In this document: piece after piece, positions 23,680 to 38,456 of the stretch
Position numbering within the stretch: the first letter of the stretch is position 1
Layout of the letters: each line of letters opens with the position of its first letter
Source of the DNA: Chrysomallon squamiferum
Lineage: Eukaryota; Animalia; Mollusca
DNA: 64,000 bases
Direction: 5' to 3'
NCBI GenBank assembly: GCA_012295275.1
Contig: CM022679.1
Span: 15,500,001-15,564,000 of the forward strand
Notes under the pieces: generated by a model
Database searches by the model: none
What the model was told of the DNA's origin: nothing
Seen by the model: only the letters and a program-made list of their open reading frames with translations
Program-made: the position numbers and the translations under genes

Positions 23680-23681
<2 letters not shown>

Positions 23682-23758
<77 letters not shown>
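23682..23758. repeat. Compound (CAA)n(TAA)n microsatellite
   Basis: Direct read. Confidence 0.95.
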
Positions 23759-26700
23759 TAAAAAATAATAATAATAAAAAAATAAAAAAACACTCAAAAA
23801 ACAACCAACAACTTCTCCTTGATTTCCATTCATATTGCTTTATTCCCACTCTCGCCATGTCATCTCTACCATCTTTAATTATAATTAAAGACTGTGTCAC
23901 ACTAAACGAGTTAAGTTGATGTGATTGGAAATAGTCATTAGCGGCAGTTTATCATCGATGACAAGGGGACACGGTTAGCGTGACTGCATATCAGGTTATG
24001 ACAATGCCTTGTTACAGAACCGTTACGTGCCATCTACCTAATTGACTTTGTGTCTGTCTTCACTTAGCTCTCTCTCTGTATTACTCTTCATAAACGTCAA
24101 CAGATGCTATCATTTGATGCTTCTTCTGTCTGCCATGTCGTGTGTTGTATGGAGAAGAAGAACGACGAGGACAAAAAAAAAAAAAATGTAGAGATGATAA
24201 GAAAAAACCCCATAAAAGGTTAAAGAAAAGAAGAAAAAATAGATGATAATAAGATAAAATAAAATAAAAAAATTGATGAGAAGAAGAACAAAAAGGTGGA
24301 AGAAAAGAAGAAGATGAAGAAAAAAACAACAACAGAAAAAGTATAAAAAAAGTAGAAGAAAAAGAAGTGGAACTATACAAAGTATATATAAAAAAGTACA
24401 GAAAAGAATGAAACGAAAAGTAGAAGAAAAGTAGAAAAACGGAAAAAAGCTGAAGAAAATAAAAATAAAAACCAAAAGGAAAATTAGAAGAACAAGAATA
24501 AATAGTAGATGATGAGCAAAATACCATTCCTAGTGACTGACAAAGAAATCACATTATTGTCGCCATACAACATGGAATACGACTTCTGCTTGTCGAACTA
24601 CGTGTATACTACTGCAACACAACAAACAAATAACATCAGCAGTTGTGCCACCACAACTCCTCCTCCTGCATCAGCTACTGCGACTACCTCTACACAGACA
24701 AACACATCCTGAAATAAAACATAAACCATAAAATAAAAATCTAATAACATAATCATAAACGTGATAGTTGTTAAATGCAAGAAAGATGACGTCCAATTCT
24801 GAATGTTTTGTCTTTCATCCAGAAGCAGCATTGGCCCTTTGACTGAAGACGCTTCGTGTTAAAATTCAGAATACAAGTAAATACAACGTCTGATCCTGTC
24901 ATGAATTAAGTTCATAGTCTGCAGTGAAGTTAAGTTTAAAATGTAGACTAATAAATGTTTTGTAACAAGTATGTTAATGTTGGCGAAACTTTACTTTATT
25001 TGTATTCTTCGCTGTTAATGTCCTGAAAACGGACGAAAGAGATAAAAGAAAACTGAAAATTAAGAATGAACAATAAACCAACACACGATGCAGACGTGTA
25101 GAATATCCTGCGTGTGTATCAGATGCAGATAGTCTCTGACGTTTAAACACGACCTGTTAAAATTAACAACGTATCAAAGAAGGATCAACGATATTGTATA
25201 TCATGTATTATTTCAAAATTTTAGACTGTACTCCATAAAATCTTTTCTTTACACAGCACGAGGTCGTAGTAACACTCTTTTTAAGTTGCATCCTTCTGTT
25301 AACTGAAAAAAAGAAGACAAACATTAAAATTAAATTACAGATTCGCTTTCAAAACCGTTGGTGACAAGTGTAATCGGTGGTTGTAAATTTTATCATTTTG
25401 CTTTGAGAAAAAATGGATACACAGAAGATAAAATAAGATAATAGTATTAATAATAATAATAATAAATACATTTACAAATAATAATTAAAAAAAAAAAAAG
25501 AAAAGAAAAAAAATGAAAGAAAGAAAGAAAATAAGTTAAAAAGTGAAACAAATCCGTACTGACATTGATATATTACACATATATAAAAATACAGATCTAC
25601 AAACACATAAGCGCACACACCCATAAATGAATGTAATAATGATAATCAAAAACTATTATCTAAATAAAAAAAATAAATAAATAAAACTATAGTATAATTA
25701 TATTTTGAAACCAATATTTGCAAATACCGTTTGAATCGGTTTTTAGCCAGGATACACTGTATGGTGAAATAATGGAAAAAAAAAAAAAAAAATAATAATA
25801 ATAATAAAAATAATAATAAATATAAAAAAAAATAAAAATAATATAAAAAAAAATAAAAAAATAAAAAAAAAAAAAAAAAATAATAAAAAAAAAAATAAAA
25901 AAAAAAAAAAAAAAATTGCCTCGAACAGTTGATGAAAATACAAAAACAACCATTATTACTCTACTGATACGGTCCGAGTGTTGCGCTGCTGTTTGACGAG
26001 AAACAAGCATACGCTTCTGAAAGCGAATCACCCACCGTGGAACGTGTGCAAAGAAAACTTCAGGGACAGACTGCGATCAAATAACTAACATCTCGAGTAC
26101 AGGCCTTGGGGAGTGAATAACCAGAAAAACTCTGGTGCAGAAAACGAATCAGTGACACTCGACATTTTTATTGACTGGTTCCTTGTTTACTGACCTTATC
26201 TGTTGTCATTGACAATAGTGACACAGTGATTTGTTTTGTTTTTCAAAATCAGTCGATTCAGGTTGCAGATGGCACATCGACTGCATATGACATCCATTAA
26301 TGGTTTCTTTTATAAAAGCTGAATGTGTGGATTTTTTCTTATAAAAACAGCTTTATTTATTATTATTATAATTTTTTTTTGTGGGTGTTTTATTTCCTGA
26401 AATATAATGATTTGATTGAAACAGATTGGGATTAATTTACACGTGTTTTTATACTTCAAGGTTAAATCATGCTGATTAATAGATAATTTTGTTCTCTGTT
26501 ATATTTACATTTATAAGAATATAATTACACACAAAAATGTGTGTGACATTCTGTATCAGGACTCAAGTTACTGAAGGTTACGAAACAGTTAGAATAATAG
26601 CTTTAAACTGGGGCCGATTCAGGTTTGAATTTAATTACAACCTACCACATAAAACTGAACTGAACAGTAATATTTTATTATGAGCATCTTAGTCACATTA

Positions 26701-27274
26701 GTAAATGTATTTTGAAGTGTTTTTGACGTATATCATTGAACTTATTTTATTCTAGAGTTTAAACCCTGACGGATTTCAAAATGTTTTATCTTTAAATGAA
26801 TATCTAATAATATTGTTTGTTTTATCTTGCAGTATCAATTAACACTCTTTCTGTTTTCTTTCTTTCTTTCTTTTTCTTACCAGTTTTCATTACTCAGGGA
26901 ACAAGAACATTACCTGATGACGAGTTGCGAACCCTTGAATATTTGAGTTGTCAGACATCTTGGTTTCGTTAGTAAATGCATATCTAATTGTCTTTTATCC
27001 TGAGATATTATCTAGTTTTCTTATCACTTTACTGATGACAGAAAACCCCACTCATTCCGTTTAATATCGTTTTTGGTGTCTGATCTGGAAAGACCTCGGT
27101 AATGAGTTGTACGTCGGCTGTCACGGTTTATCGCAGGGGCGGTCACTCTGGGAATTTCTGCGTGGATAGCATCAGACTTTCAGTCGACTCAAACTGCGAG
27201 TAATCGGCCTGCAAGAACTGTGTCGTCTGCATCTGTCATATTTATTAAACATTCTTTAACAAGAACGATTTTGA

Positions 27275-27318
<44 letters not shown>

Positions 27319-27890
27319 TAAATAAAAATAAATAAAAAAATAAAAACGTTTACAAAATCTTTCCCTCTATACCCAAATCAACTGAAAAAAAAAAAAAAAA
27401 AAAAAAAATGTAATAACCAACGAACCTGTAAACTGTGCAGTTTATTATAATCCGTTTCCGCGAGACAGCAATTAAGTATGAAGATAATTTAAGGTAATTT
27501 GTAAAGATTGCAGGATGGCAATTATCAAGTCTAGTTACCTGAAGCGATCCATGCTACATATCAGAAAATCTTTCATTAATAGATCTGGTATTTAAAAAAA
27601 AAACCCAAAACCCCAAAAAACAAATTGGTATTGTGGTCTGGCTTAAAGAAGGCTATCTCTGGTGCTGGTGGAAGGAATAATGTAAATATATTTTGTTTAC
27701 TTCTACGTAATTAATAATTTCAGTTTGTTTAGTTTGAATTAATTATTCATTTTAATTTGCTTCTAGATCATTATTATTTTAATTTTTTTTTTTTACTGTC
27801 CTCCAAAATGTAATGATTATAAAAAATGACAACTAATTCGACAATAATTATCCGGATGTATTTAATTCATTCAAGCGGTTTGCCTGCATA

Positions 27891-27952
<62 letters not shown>

Positions 27953-28341
27953 TTTGACATATATCCAGATTAATTATTAGTTAAAAACACATTATTATAT
28001 TTATTTTACTGAAGTTGGAAAAGGATTTGAGTTAGAACTATTTATAGATAACAGATATATTTCATAGCAGAGCCATGTGAAGGACAAATTATAATATTAG
28101 CAGCATGCAGAATTTTTCAGCTTCTTGTTTTTCCTGATATTTAAGTATACTGTGAAATGTTACTAAAAATATTTAAAAAAAAAAAAAAAAAAAAGATTAA
28201 ATATGCTTAAAAAGCTGTGGTGAAATAATTACATTCTGAAATTGAAAGAGCAAAGTAAACCATATTTTGTCGATTTTTGAGTTGGTGTTTGGATATGTAA
28301 ATGCTCGTATTCATGAACTACAAACAGGCAGACAGACTAAA

Positions 28342-28344
<3 letters not shown>

Positions 28345-28433
<89 letters not shown>
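28345..28433. repeat. Compound (CA)n(GA)n microsatellite
   Basis: Direct read. Confidence 0.95.
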
Positions 28434-28435
<2 letters not shown>

Positions 28436-28599
28436 TCTAAACTAATCACAAAAAAAAAAAATTACGATTTAGAAAGAAAATATTTATTATACAATTGATA
28501 TGAATTAAATGACGTTTGACACAGCTTAACTTAAAGAAACGATAACATACGACTATAAATAATTACAGTGTAATACAACACGTCATTAAGTTAATTAAA

Positions 28600-29520
28600 A
28601 CACTTTAATGATATTACCATTCGGCTTAACGATCCCGTAGACTTGACTCTTTTGTCCCATGGTAAATTAACACGTGTACGTTTCACCTTTCACCTGTTGT
28701 CGCGTTTCGTCCGCGCTATTTTCATAGAATCTTAAGACGTATTAGAAAACCAGACGCCATTACTTCTAGAAGTTAATGATCTTCAATTATTTTTACATCT
28801 TATTAGCAAGCCTAAATAATTCCGCGCCGCGGCGAGGGCAGGAAGTGAAAGAAATTGACAATACGGTCAATTTGGAGGTATTTTTCGCAATATGATAGTG
28901 CAATATGAACGATGAGAAATCGACAAACTTGTCAATTTCATGAGATAATTTCGCTGTGGATTTGTTAAGCAACGTCAACCTCTTCTTATTTGTCCCCGAC
29001 GTTGGCAGCTGATTGAAGATAATGCCAATTAATTGGTGTTTTATCTGACTCGCGACAACGTCGGCATTAGTGGCGGGGTCGCGATCTCGTCTCGCGCGAA
29101 ATGTACACCAGCATTGTTGATTTCGAGCAATATCAAAAACAGGAATTTATCTTATACTTATTACAGTTCCGTATTGATATTTCACAGATAAGTGGTTGCC
29201 ACTGACAGCGCATCTATCACGATCGAGTGCCGAGTGTTAAGTGCCGAAAAAGGAAAAACCATGGCTCGGAGGCCATCCGGCGAAAAACGCCGCAGAAATG
29301 AAGACATTTTGTATAATTAACGTTATGACCTTAATAAGTTGTGATGGCGAAAATGTCGACGTTAAAGCGCCCCTGGTGCAGAGCGGGTTATTTGCTTGGA
29401 AAGTGAAAATTGTACGTAATCTGCGTGGATGATGGAAGCGTTTAATTTTCGTGAAACTCTCGAAGGAAATGGATAACACATTTTGCATCAATTTCCTTTT
29501 CGCTTAAGAAAATGACAACA
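28600..29520. promoter_or_regulatory. CpG-island-like element with no associated coding exon
   Basis: Densest CpG stretch I saw in the window (11 CpG counted in 29041-29100), in an otherwise very AT-rich background. Confidence 0.5.
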
Positions 29521-29823
29521 TCACGTTCACTGCTATTTATGATTGACGAAGTTTTATTATATGCCCCCCCCCCAAAAAAAAAAAGTTTAAAAAGAATTTA
29601 ATAGTGTAAAATTTTATTATTTTAGTGCAAATGACATCATGTATTAAACACTTTTCTGATTGCTAAACTTTAAATAAAAAAAATTAAATAAAAATTAAAA
29701 CTAAAAACAAAACCTAATATTTCTTGCATTGTGATCGTCATGGAAACGTGAAACTTACATTTATATACTTCCGTGATCTTTTAGTTCATCTTTTTATTTA
29801 AATTTAATTATTTAATTTTTTTT

Positions 29824-29871
<48 letters not shown>

Positions 29872-31079
29872 TATATATATATATATACTCATTTAGATTT
29901 TTGCATACCTTTGTGAAAAAATTTCTCTGTATGAAATGACATAAAAAAAACCAAGGAAAACATTCATTATCTAAGAGAATTATTATATATTTGACAGACT
30001 TTATTATAAACAGAGATATATTTCTTGTTTTCATTTCATCATATTCACCTTTAATTGTTCCCTCTATCGTTCTCTCTCTCTCTGCTATTCTCTTACTCTT
30101 TTTCTCTCTCTCAGTTCCAGAAGACAAACATATAAACATTTTATACCGATATATTAATTTCGCACAAGGATCTGCAAACACACACAAGCTGACAGAAATA
30201 CAGACACAGACATATTGATTCACAAGTACAATTCAAGCTGTTGTATATTTGTAGCATAATGACTATAAAACGGATGTTTTACCCATAAAATTTTGCAATT
30301 TTCTATAAGCAATTGTTTATTTGATAATGCCAAAACAAACTGCACAAGACAAAGCGATCACGTCTTGTATGCAATTACATGTATTTAACAGTTCACATTC
30401 AAAAAATATTTCCTTCGTCAAATACATTTGATATGAATTGAACCACGTTTTATGTCCGGTGTTTTTAACCGATCGATCTCCTTATTGTGAAACATGAAAC
30501 CAAAATCGAAACAAACACTAATGATACAATTGCGTCCTTAAGGTTTTTATAAAACTGTGAATGTATAATTTTCAATAAATCTCCGAAATATAATATATTA
30601 AAAAAAAAAAAAAAATCGTTAAAGGTGTAAAAACACAGCTACTGTATTAGAATTTAATATTGCATTAAGAAAGATAATTTACAGTAAAAAAAATCCATGT
30701 TTTTCAATATTTAAATATTCGAGTTATTTCCCTTTAATCTATTATTTTATAGAATCTTGAGTCGTTCAGTTTTACGAGACTAACAGAAAGAAAGATAGAA
30801 AGAAAAAAAAAAAAAAAAAAAAAAGAACCAGCAGAAAGGCTACAAAGACGGATGTAAGGAAAATTATGCAAGATGATCAACTGACATAGTGGTAGTTTTA
30901 TTTAACAATTTCTATTTTAGCTAAGTAAATATAATTATATATTTAATACAAAACGGCAGAATGCTTGAAAACGATCGGTCACTTTAAAAGTTAAAAGTTA
31001 ATTAAAGTAGACATATCAACTGTCTGAATATATTTTCACATTAGCAAGTGATTGTTTTATTTTGCTAATAATGAACTGT

Positions 31080-31127
<48 letters not shown>

Positions 31128-32085
31128 CAAAAAGGCAGATAAACGCGTGTTCAGATACACTGAACGGTTTTAAGAGTTAGTTCTTAAATAGAAATAAACA
31201 AAAACAAATTCATGCAGTTCTGTAATGATTTATTTTTTGAATATAAAACTAAACATGCACAAAGTCAAATATCTAAATTACTGGCTGATTTGATCAATTA
31301 AAAGATTAATAATAATGATGATTTTGATGATAATAATGATGATGCTGATAAATACAACAGCGGTAATGATGATGATGATAAAAACAATAACAGTGACGAA
31401 TATTATGTTGATGATGAAAATGATAATTGGTTGATATATATATATATATAAATATCATATAACGCATGTTTATCTACATTATGTTACAAATAAAAAAACA
31501 CATACATATATACAAAAACAAATCATAATAATACTAAATAACAAAACAACAACAACAGAATAAAAGATCCAAAACAACAACAACTAAAAATACACAAAAA
31601 AAACAACTAAAAAACAACAAAAACAAATTACCCCCCCCAAAAAAAAACAAGCGAAGAAACAAATCAGGAATCAAAAAAAAAACAAAAAAAACCAGCAACC
31701 AAAAAAACAAACAAGCAACAACAACGACATACCTGTATAATACCTACCTACATATATATAAATACCTACCAACCTACCTTTGTACATACCTACACACATA
31801 TACATGCACCCAAACATACATAAAACATATATACATGTAAAATATCCATTCATCCATCCATAAATACATACACACAAATATACGCATATAAATTATTTGG
31901 TTATTTTTTTTAATGTCTGTCTTTTTTTTATCAGGGCTAATATAATTTAAAAACAGTTATCGTTATTTGACATCGCATTCTGCCATACTATTACACATAT
32001 ATTTTATTCTGTTTCTTAGGGTATATTTACTGCTGTTTTCTCATCTTTTTGTTGTTCTGTCATCGATTTCTATATTGTTCTAACC

Positions 32086-32218
<133 letters not shown>

Positions 32219-32617
32219 AATTACAAGTCTTTAATCTGAGTTAGGCAAATATTTTGCAGTTCGACAGTCACTTTTCTTCTCTTTTTTTAACCTTAGAAAA
32301 AAAAAAAAAATCTCAATTCCACGTTTTGTTCTACCCCAACATTCACCAAATTTCTTTTACTTTTCTGTATTCACCTTCGTCATCGTGGTGACACACGGTT
32401 TCCCAGACAAACGAACTGACACCTATTTGATCATTATGTGATATGATTTTGTTACGAAACAGCGAAGTTACGATCTCGAACACCTGCTATAGATCCGAAC
32501 GCCGTGCCCGTAGGGGACGCGAGTCGATGTTCAGTGAGGTAAGCGTATCTGAGGAATGCATGGAGAAACCTTGTCAGCATTCCTGGTGCGAAATAACCTC
32601 GTATCTGTCCATCTTGC

Positions 32618-32665
<48 letters not shown>

Positions 32666-34869
32666 TAATAATAATACTATCAAGAAGAATACTACCAAGA
32701 AGAAGAAGAAGAAGAAGAAGAAGAACAACAAGAAGAACAACAACATGAACAACAGTATTAATACTTATATCATATTATCATCATCGTCATCATCATAATT
32801 ATCTTTATTCCTTTTCTTCTGTTATGAACATGTTAATTCTTTTTAATTCAACTTTAAAGTCTTAACAATACGTTCCCCAACAAAAACAAACAAGAGGAAC
32901 AACAACAGAAACAAAGAAACAAAATCTAGGAATGAATGAAAAAGAATGTTTCCACGCATATTTTTATATTTATTTACAACATCGTCAAAGTATGCAAGAA
33001 AACAGGATATAAAGAAAGAAAAGAATAACTAACAATAAAAGAATAAAAACATAAATTCGTCATATTTAGACACCGACTCCATCGAAAGGTTTTATACACG
33101 GCTCACTGGCTAATAAACATCATTACCAAAACCCTGTCATAAAAAGCTATCTAAATCAAGTTTTATATCCTATTAATTTTTATAAACCTTATTTGAGTAC
33201 GAGCGATTAAAGGCATTCTTTGCGATGCTCCGTAACATTAGGGTTAATATAATCTGTCGTAATTCCAATATGAAAATGTTGTCAAAGGATTAGGTCTTAA
33301 AAACGACGAAACATAATGCGCTTTACGCGCAATGAATGCTGGTACCGTGGTTATAAAACCGGGAGTCGTTTTGATAAAAATAAATGAATCGCAAAAGATT
33401 TTTATGGTCATAGATTTTAATACGAAAATAAATCATCTCTTTGAAAACGACTATGTTAGGCGGGTAAAGGCGCGTGAGGCTACGAGTTGAAAGATACATG
33501 TTGATTTCAGTAAGTTCTGCAAAGAATTATTCTTCGAATTAGAAAATGAAAAAAAAAAAAAATGTAGTTCTTCGAGCCTTGTTAAACACGTATTCAAACA
33601 GGAATATTAGTTACAAGTTGATAGCATTTATTTTTTAACAGATAATTATATTCACGGAGGACTGGGTTAAACGATAGTAATCTTGTGTATTAGGTGTGCA
33701 AAAAATATTTAAAAAAGAAAAATATATCTTAATTAAATTATTTTGAAATAGAAAACGAGAATGAGACCAAAAAATAAATACATAAATAAATAGATAGACT
33801 GATGGATAGATAGATCGACATAGAATCAGAATTCAAATTAAAAGTACTTTAAATAGAACATAGAAAGAAAATACTGAAATAGATATAATCTTCCCATGTA
33901 CCCTTCTACACATTCATAATATTGATATATACATACATACATTCATACTTACATACATACCATACATACTTACACTTACATACTCCCACATATACATCAT
34001 TATAAAGACATAGTTAAAAACATATAAGCTATACACATACATACATATACATGATTATATACAGACATATCTTAGCCCATACATTTGTCCATACAAACAA
34101 CACATACGCTCATACACATCACTGGATATTGTTATGCTCACAACAGATTTTGCCCACATGTTTATCAAAGCCAAGGGGCATTTCAAGAAGTTGTTATAAT
34201 CTACACACCAACTGGAGCGGTCAAGAGTCTTCAAAATGACCCTTTTTATCCATGAGTGGTGCAAAGCAAACGATTAGTCGAAATCATTAAGTTCAACAAG
34301 GTTTCGAGGCTGACGCGAGCCATTAGTAATGTAACTTTTAAATTAGATGGTCGGCCTTCTTTTTTCTTTGCTCTTCTTATTAAATATGATACAGTATTTG
34401 GAAGAAAGAAAAAAAAAAATATTACTTGAAGCACAGGTTAATGACCGTAAAATTTCACCACGCGTTTGTAAATACTTGAAGAAGTCAAAGGAAATTGTTT
34501 TTCTGAAAAGTAACTGGTCGGTGCCTTTATCGTGTGTTATGTACAGCGTAGATTATTAGTTTTTAACCTTCAGGCATCCATTTTACAAGAATCTGAAGAG
34601 TTGGAGTCCTTGCATACTGAAGTAAATGGTTACTGATTAAAACATATTTGTATATTCATCAAACACTGTAAGTGGCGGTTGTTATCCATACTGAACAGTA
34701 AATGATGTTAATTATATTAAATCTCTATTTCTGAAAAATAAGTCTGAATAAACAGATACAGTGTATAAATTATTATTAAAACATCACCTGCAGCAACAGA
34801 ACCAGGACCAAATATTTTTAGCGTCAAAATATAACTCTGTATATGTGTGTCTGTTTTATATTCAGTTAA

Positions 34870-35182
<313 letters not shown>

Positions 35183-36394
35183 ATCATATCACCCCGTTCA
35201 CTGATAGCTGCATTATCTTACACTTAATTATGAGAATTATTACACGGTAAGTAAGCCTAGACTGTTATCAAGGGAAATGTGATTTTCTTACGCCAATACT
35301 AAACACTTCAAACTCAAACCCTGTAACATTTCTTTGAAGCATTGCCGTATCGCTAGTAAGTTCCTAATCGGTCATGCTACCTTGTTTACCCTAAATGACA
35401 TGTCTCTGTCAAGTTTTGATTAATATGGACAATATATAAACAAAGATTCGACAAGAAGAGGTCTGGAATTAACACACAGGTTCCACCATGACGTATTTAT
35501 CATAAGCAAGACCATCGACATTTCCAGACGTCTAATCCAATGTTGACTTACTCTTCTCACGGCCATGCTAATAATCAACGCAGATATTGGATTTATCAAA
35601 ATCCTATTGACAAATGGGACCACTTTGAACATATGTCCTCGCACGTTTGTTCTGAACTTACCACAGCCATAAAAAAATCCCAGTTTAATCTTAGCTAATA
35701 AAAAATCCGATGACAAACAAATTGAAACAATATCTTCGTCTGGATCTGGACGAAGTGGGAAGACTTACTGACTGGATAACGAATACTTAATGGAAAATCC
35801 TTTAAGCGAATGAGACAAGGATTATGTAATGATGATATATACATTAAGATGGTTTGCAGGTGATGCGGGTTATATTGTCCAAGATTGCTTTGTGTTATGC
35901 ATTAAACAGTTATTTTTTTTATAGAAGAAATGTCCATTATTTGAAAATATCATTTTATGTTTCTGTAAAGTGTTTAAATTACCTTTATGTACACTGTATT
36001 TAATGGATTTTTAAGAAGATAATGTGTAGCTGATTTCCTCTAAGTTGTTTCGTTTTTCTTTATTTACTGCGTCTTATTAAGTATCGCCGTAGTCATCCTA
36101 CTCGTTATCACATTATAATCATCATATGTATCATCATCATTATCATCATCATCATCATCATTCTTTTTTTCTTTCTCGTCTTAATTTTCTTAAAACATAT
36201 TCTTTTTTTCTGTTAATTGTATTTTTATTATCATTTTTGTTAACGCAGTTTTTAGTGGTTATACGCCACCAAGTGCTAACTTGGGCAAAATATATATTTT
36301 TTTTATTTCTGTAATTTTCATAGGTTTTAAAGCATGATTACTGAATTCATCTTAAACTCTTGCATGCAATTACATGTTACATTATTATTATGTA

Positions 36395-36574
36395 GTCTGG
36401 ATAGCTGTGACTATGGGAAATCTAGACTATCCAAACTCTGGACTTTCAAAACAATTAGCTGTCTGTCAGAACCCTGGACTATGGAACCGATGAACTGTCA
36501 GGATTCTAAACCTGCCTAACCCTGAAATATCGGAATACCAGACCATCAGAATTCTTCACTGTCCTGTTACTGTG
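36395..36574. repeat. Degenerate 16-bp tandem array (consensus about CTRTCRGAAYCCTGGA)
   Basis: Units at 36411, 36427, 36443, (4-nt insert) 36463, 36479, 36495, 36511, 36527, 36543, 36559. Confidence 0.65.
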
Positions 36575-38197
36575 CTGGAGGCTGACTTCTGGAGGTTTCA
36601 AACTCTGTAAGGAAAAACAGAAATGAGCGCTTGTAATACTTGACCGTCGGAAAACGCGTCACTGTCTCCTTTTTCTCCTAAGTCCGTGCTCCAGCTTCCC
36701 TGAAACCAGTTTTAACCTTTTTATCAACTGCTTTGTGAAAAGTGTGTCGACTGTATGTTCAAGGATCGAGGAGGATTTTACAATGATACACAGCTTAGAG
36801 TGTTGTTTATTTTTGTTTCATCCGTGTTAAACTGTTCTCAGTACAACATTTATACGATGATGAATCTGACTCATATTAAAAATAAACACGTCCACATACC
36901 CGGAGGCGAGTGTAACCGAATCGCTATCTATTACACACGGCAAAAACGTAGTAAATGTAAACGATATACAAACATCTGACTCAGCAGTTTGACTCACGAT
37001 GTCTACAAAAGACTTAATTTGCATACGAAATGTGAAATAGACGCTCACCCACAAAGACTCACCGTGAGTCGCCGAAACAGCTTGTCATGGTATATCAATC
37101 ATTTTCGTTTTCTAAAGTTAAGTATTGGGTGTCACCTACATAAGCAAAAGCAAGCTGGGGAATAATAGAAAGACTTAATATTATTTCAAACTGAAGATGG
37201 GGGTAACACTGTGTGTTGTTATTCATATTTTTATCAATAGTTCGAGAAAAAGTTTAAAAAGGGATTCTGGCTGAGAGAGGTGGTTTTTTTTTTTTTTTTC
37301 GTTCTTCATATAAAAGGTCGGAGACGAAGGATTCAGTGAAAATGACATAAAAGATGAGAGATATTTTTCAAATCTGTATAAACCTCTTGCTGGGATTGAA
37401 AAACACGGGTGGCAATGAGGATTAAGTTCGTTCCGCTTCAACAGAATAAGAGTCGAATTTTAATAATAACCCAACCGGGACGCGCCATGAGTTGTTTTTT
37501 CTTCCCTGGGTTAATTCTTTTGTAACATTCGAGCCGCGGGGGTCAGATATCCGAGCCTTGAGGTCCTCCAATAATATGCCCAGTCCATGTAATTTTGTTT
37601 TATACGTTTTGATATACCCATCCATCACCAGACGCTGATCCCCGGCCGCAGAGATACCATAATAGGAAACAAACCGAAGATCGTGTCACCGTCTTAGAAA
37701 TGTAAATACAATTCTATACTTACTGCGTATATTAAGTTTTATGAGCGACGGCATCGCTCAAAGAAACTACACCACCATTGGTGTGGATGGCTCGTCTCGG
37801 TTATAGCAGCTTAACTTGGGTGTCAGGTCGGATAATTTACCAATTAAATTAATTCCACCCGTGCTTAGACGAATCATGCAACAAAGGCAGAGAATGACAA
37901 TAACCAACAATGAGTAACAGGTGATGTATTTGACACTCGGTGCTCGGAGACTGGCGCTAGTCACAGACTGACAGGAATATTTAAATACTGACTATTAAGT
38001 GTCAAACATATGATACCAATGTTATCTGGATCAGAAAATTAGATAAACGTATTTTTATTTCCGTTTGGTGTGAGTTTTTTCTCTAGCCCTATCACAATAT
38101 CTATCTCTGCTTGTCTCTTCTTATCCCTGTCTTCCTCTCTCACGTTCACTCTCTGACTCTCGGTGTCTTTTACTGTATTTCTGTACATATCTTCCGA

Positions 38198-38456
<259 letters not shown>

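Noticed and set aside
24160-24510. Purine-rich tract with a pyrimidine-rich counterpart at 42160-42600 as a long-range inverted repeat
   Set aside because: Both look like independently decayed (GAA)n/poly-A low complexity with no specific alignment.
26914-27050. CTGATGA words suggesting a hammerhead ribozyme or snoRNA box
   Set aside because: No stem II followed by GAAA and no closing stems.
32482-32506. TAGATCCGAAC match to the middle of miR-100/miR-10
   Set aside because: Seed region does not match and no pre-miRNA hairpin is evident.
35420-35790. Minus ORF with VRGHMFKV...RRVSQHW resembling a CR1/L2 LINE ORF2 C-terminus
   Set aside because: Motif spacing is off and the similarity is too weak by eye; needs tBLASTn/Dfam.
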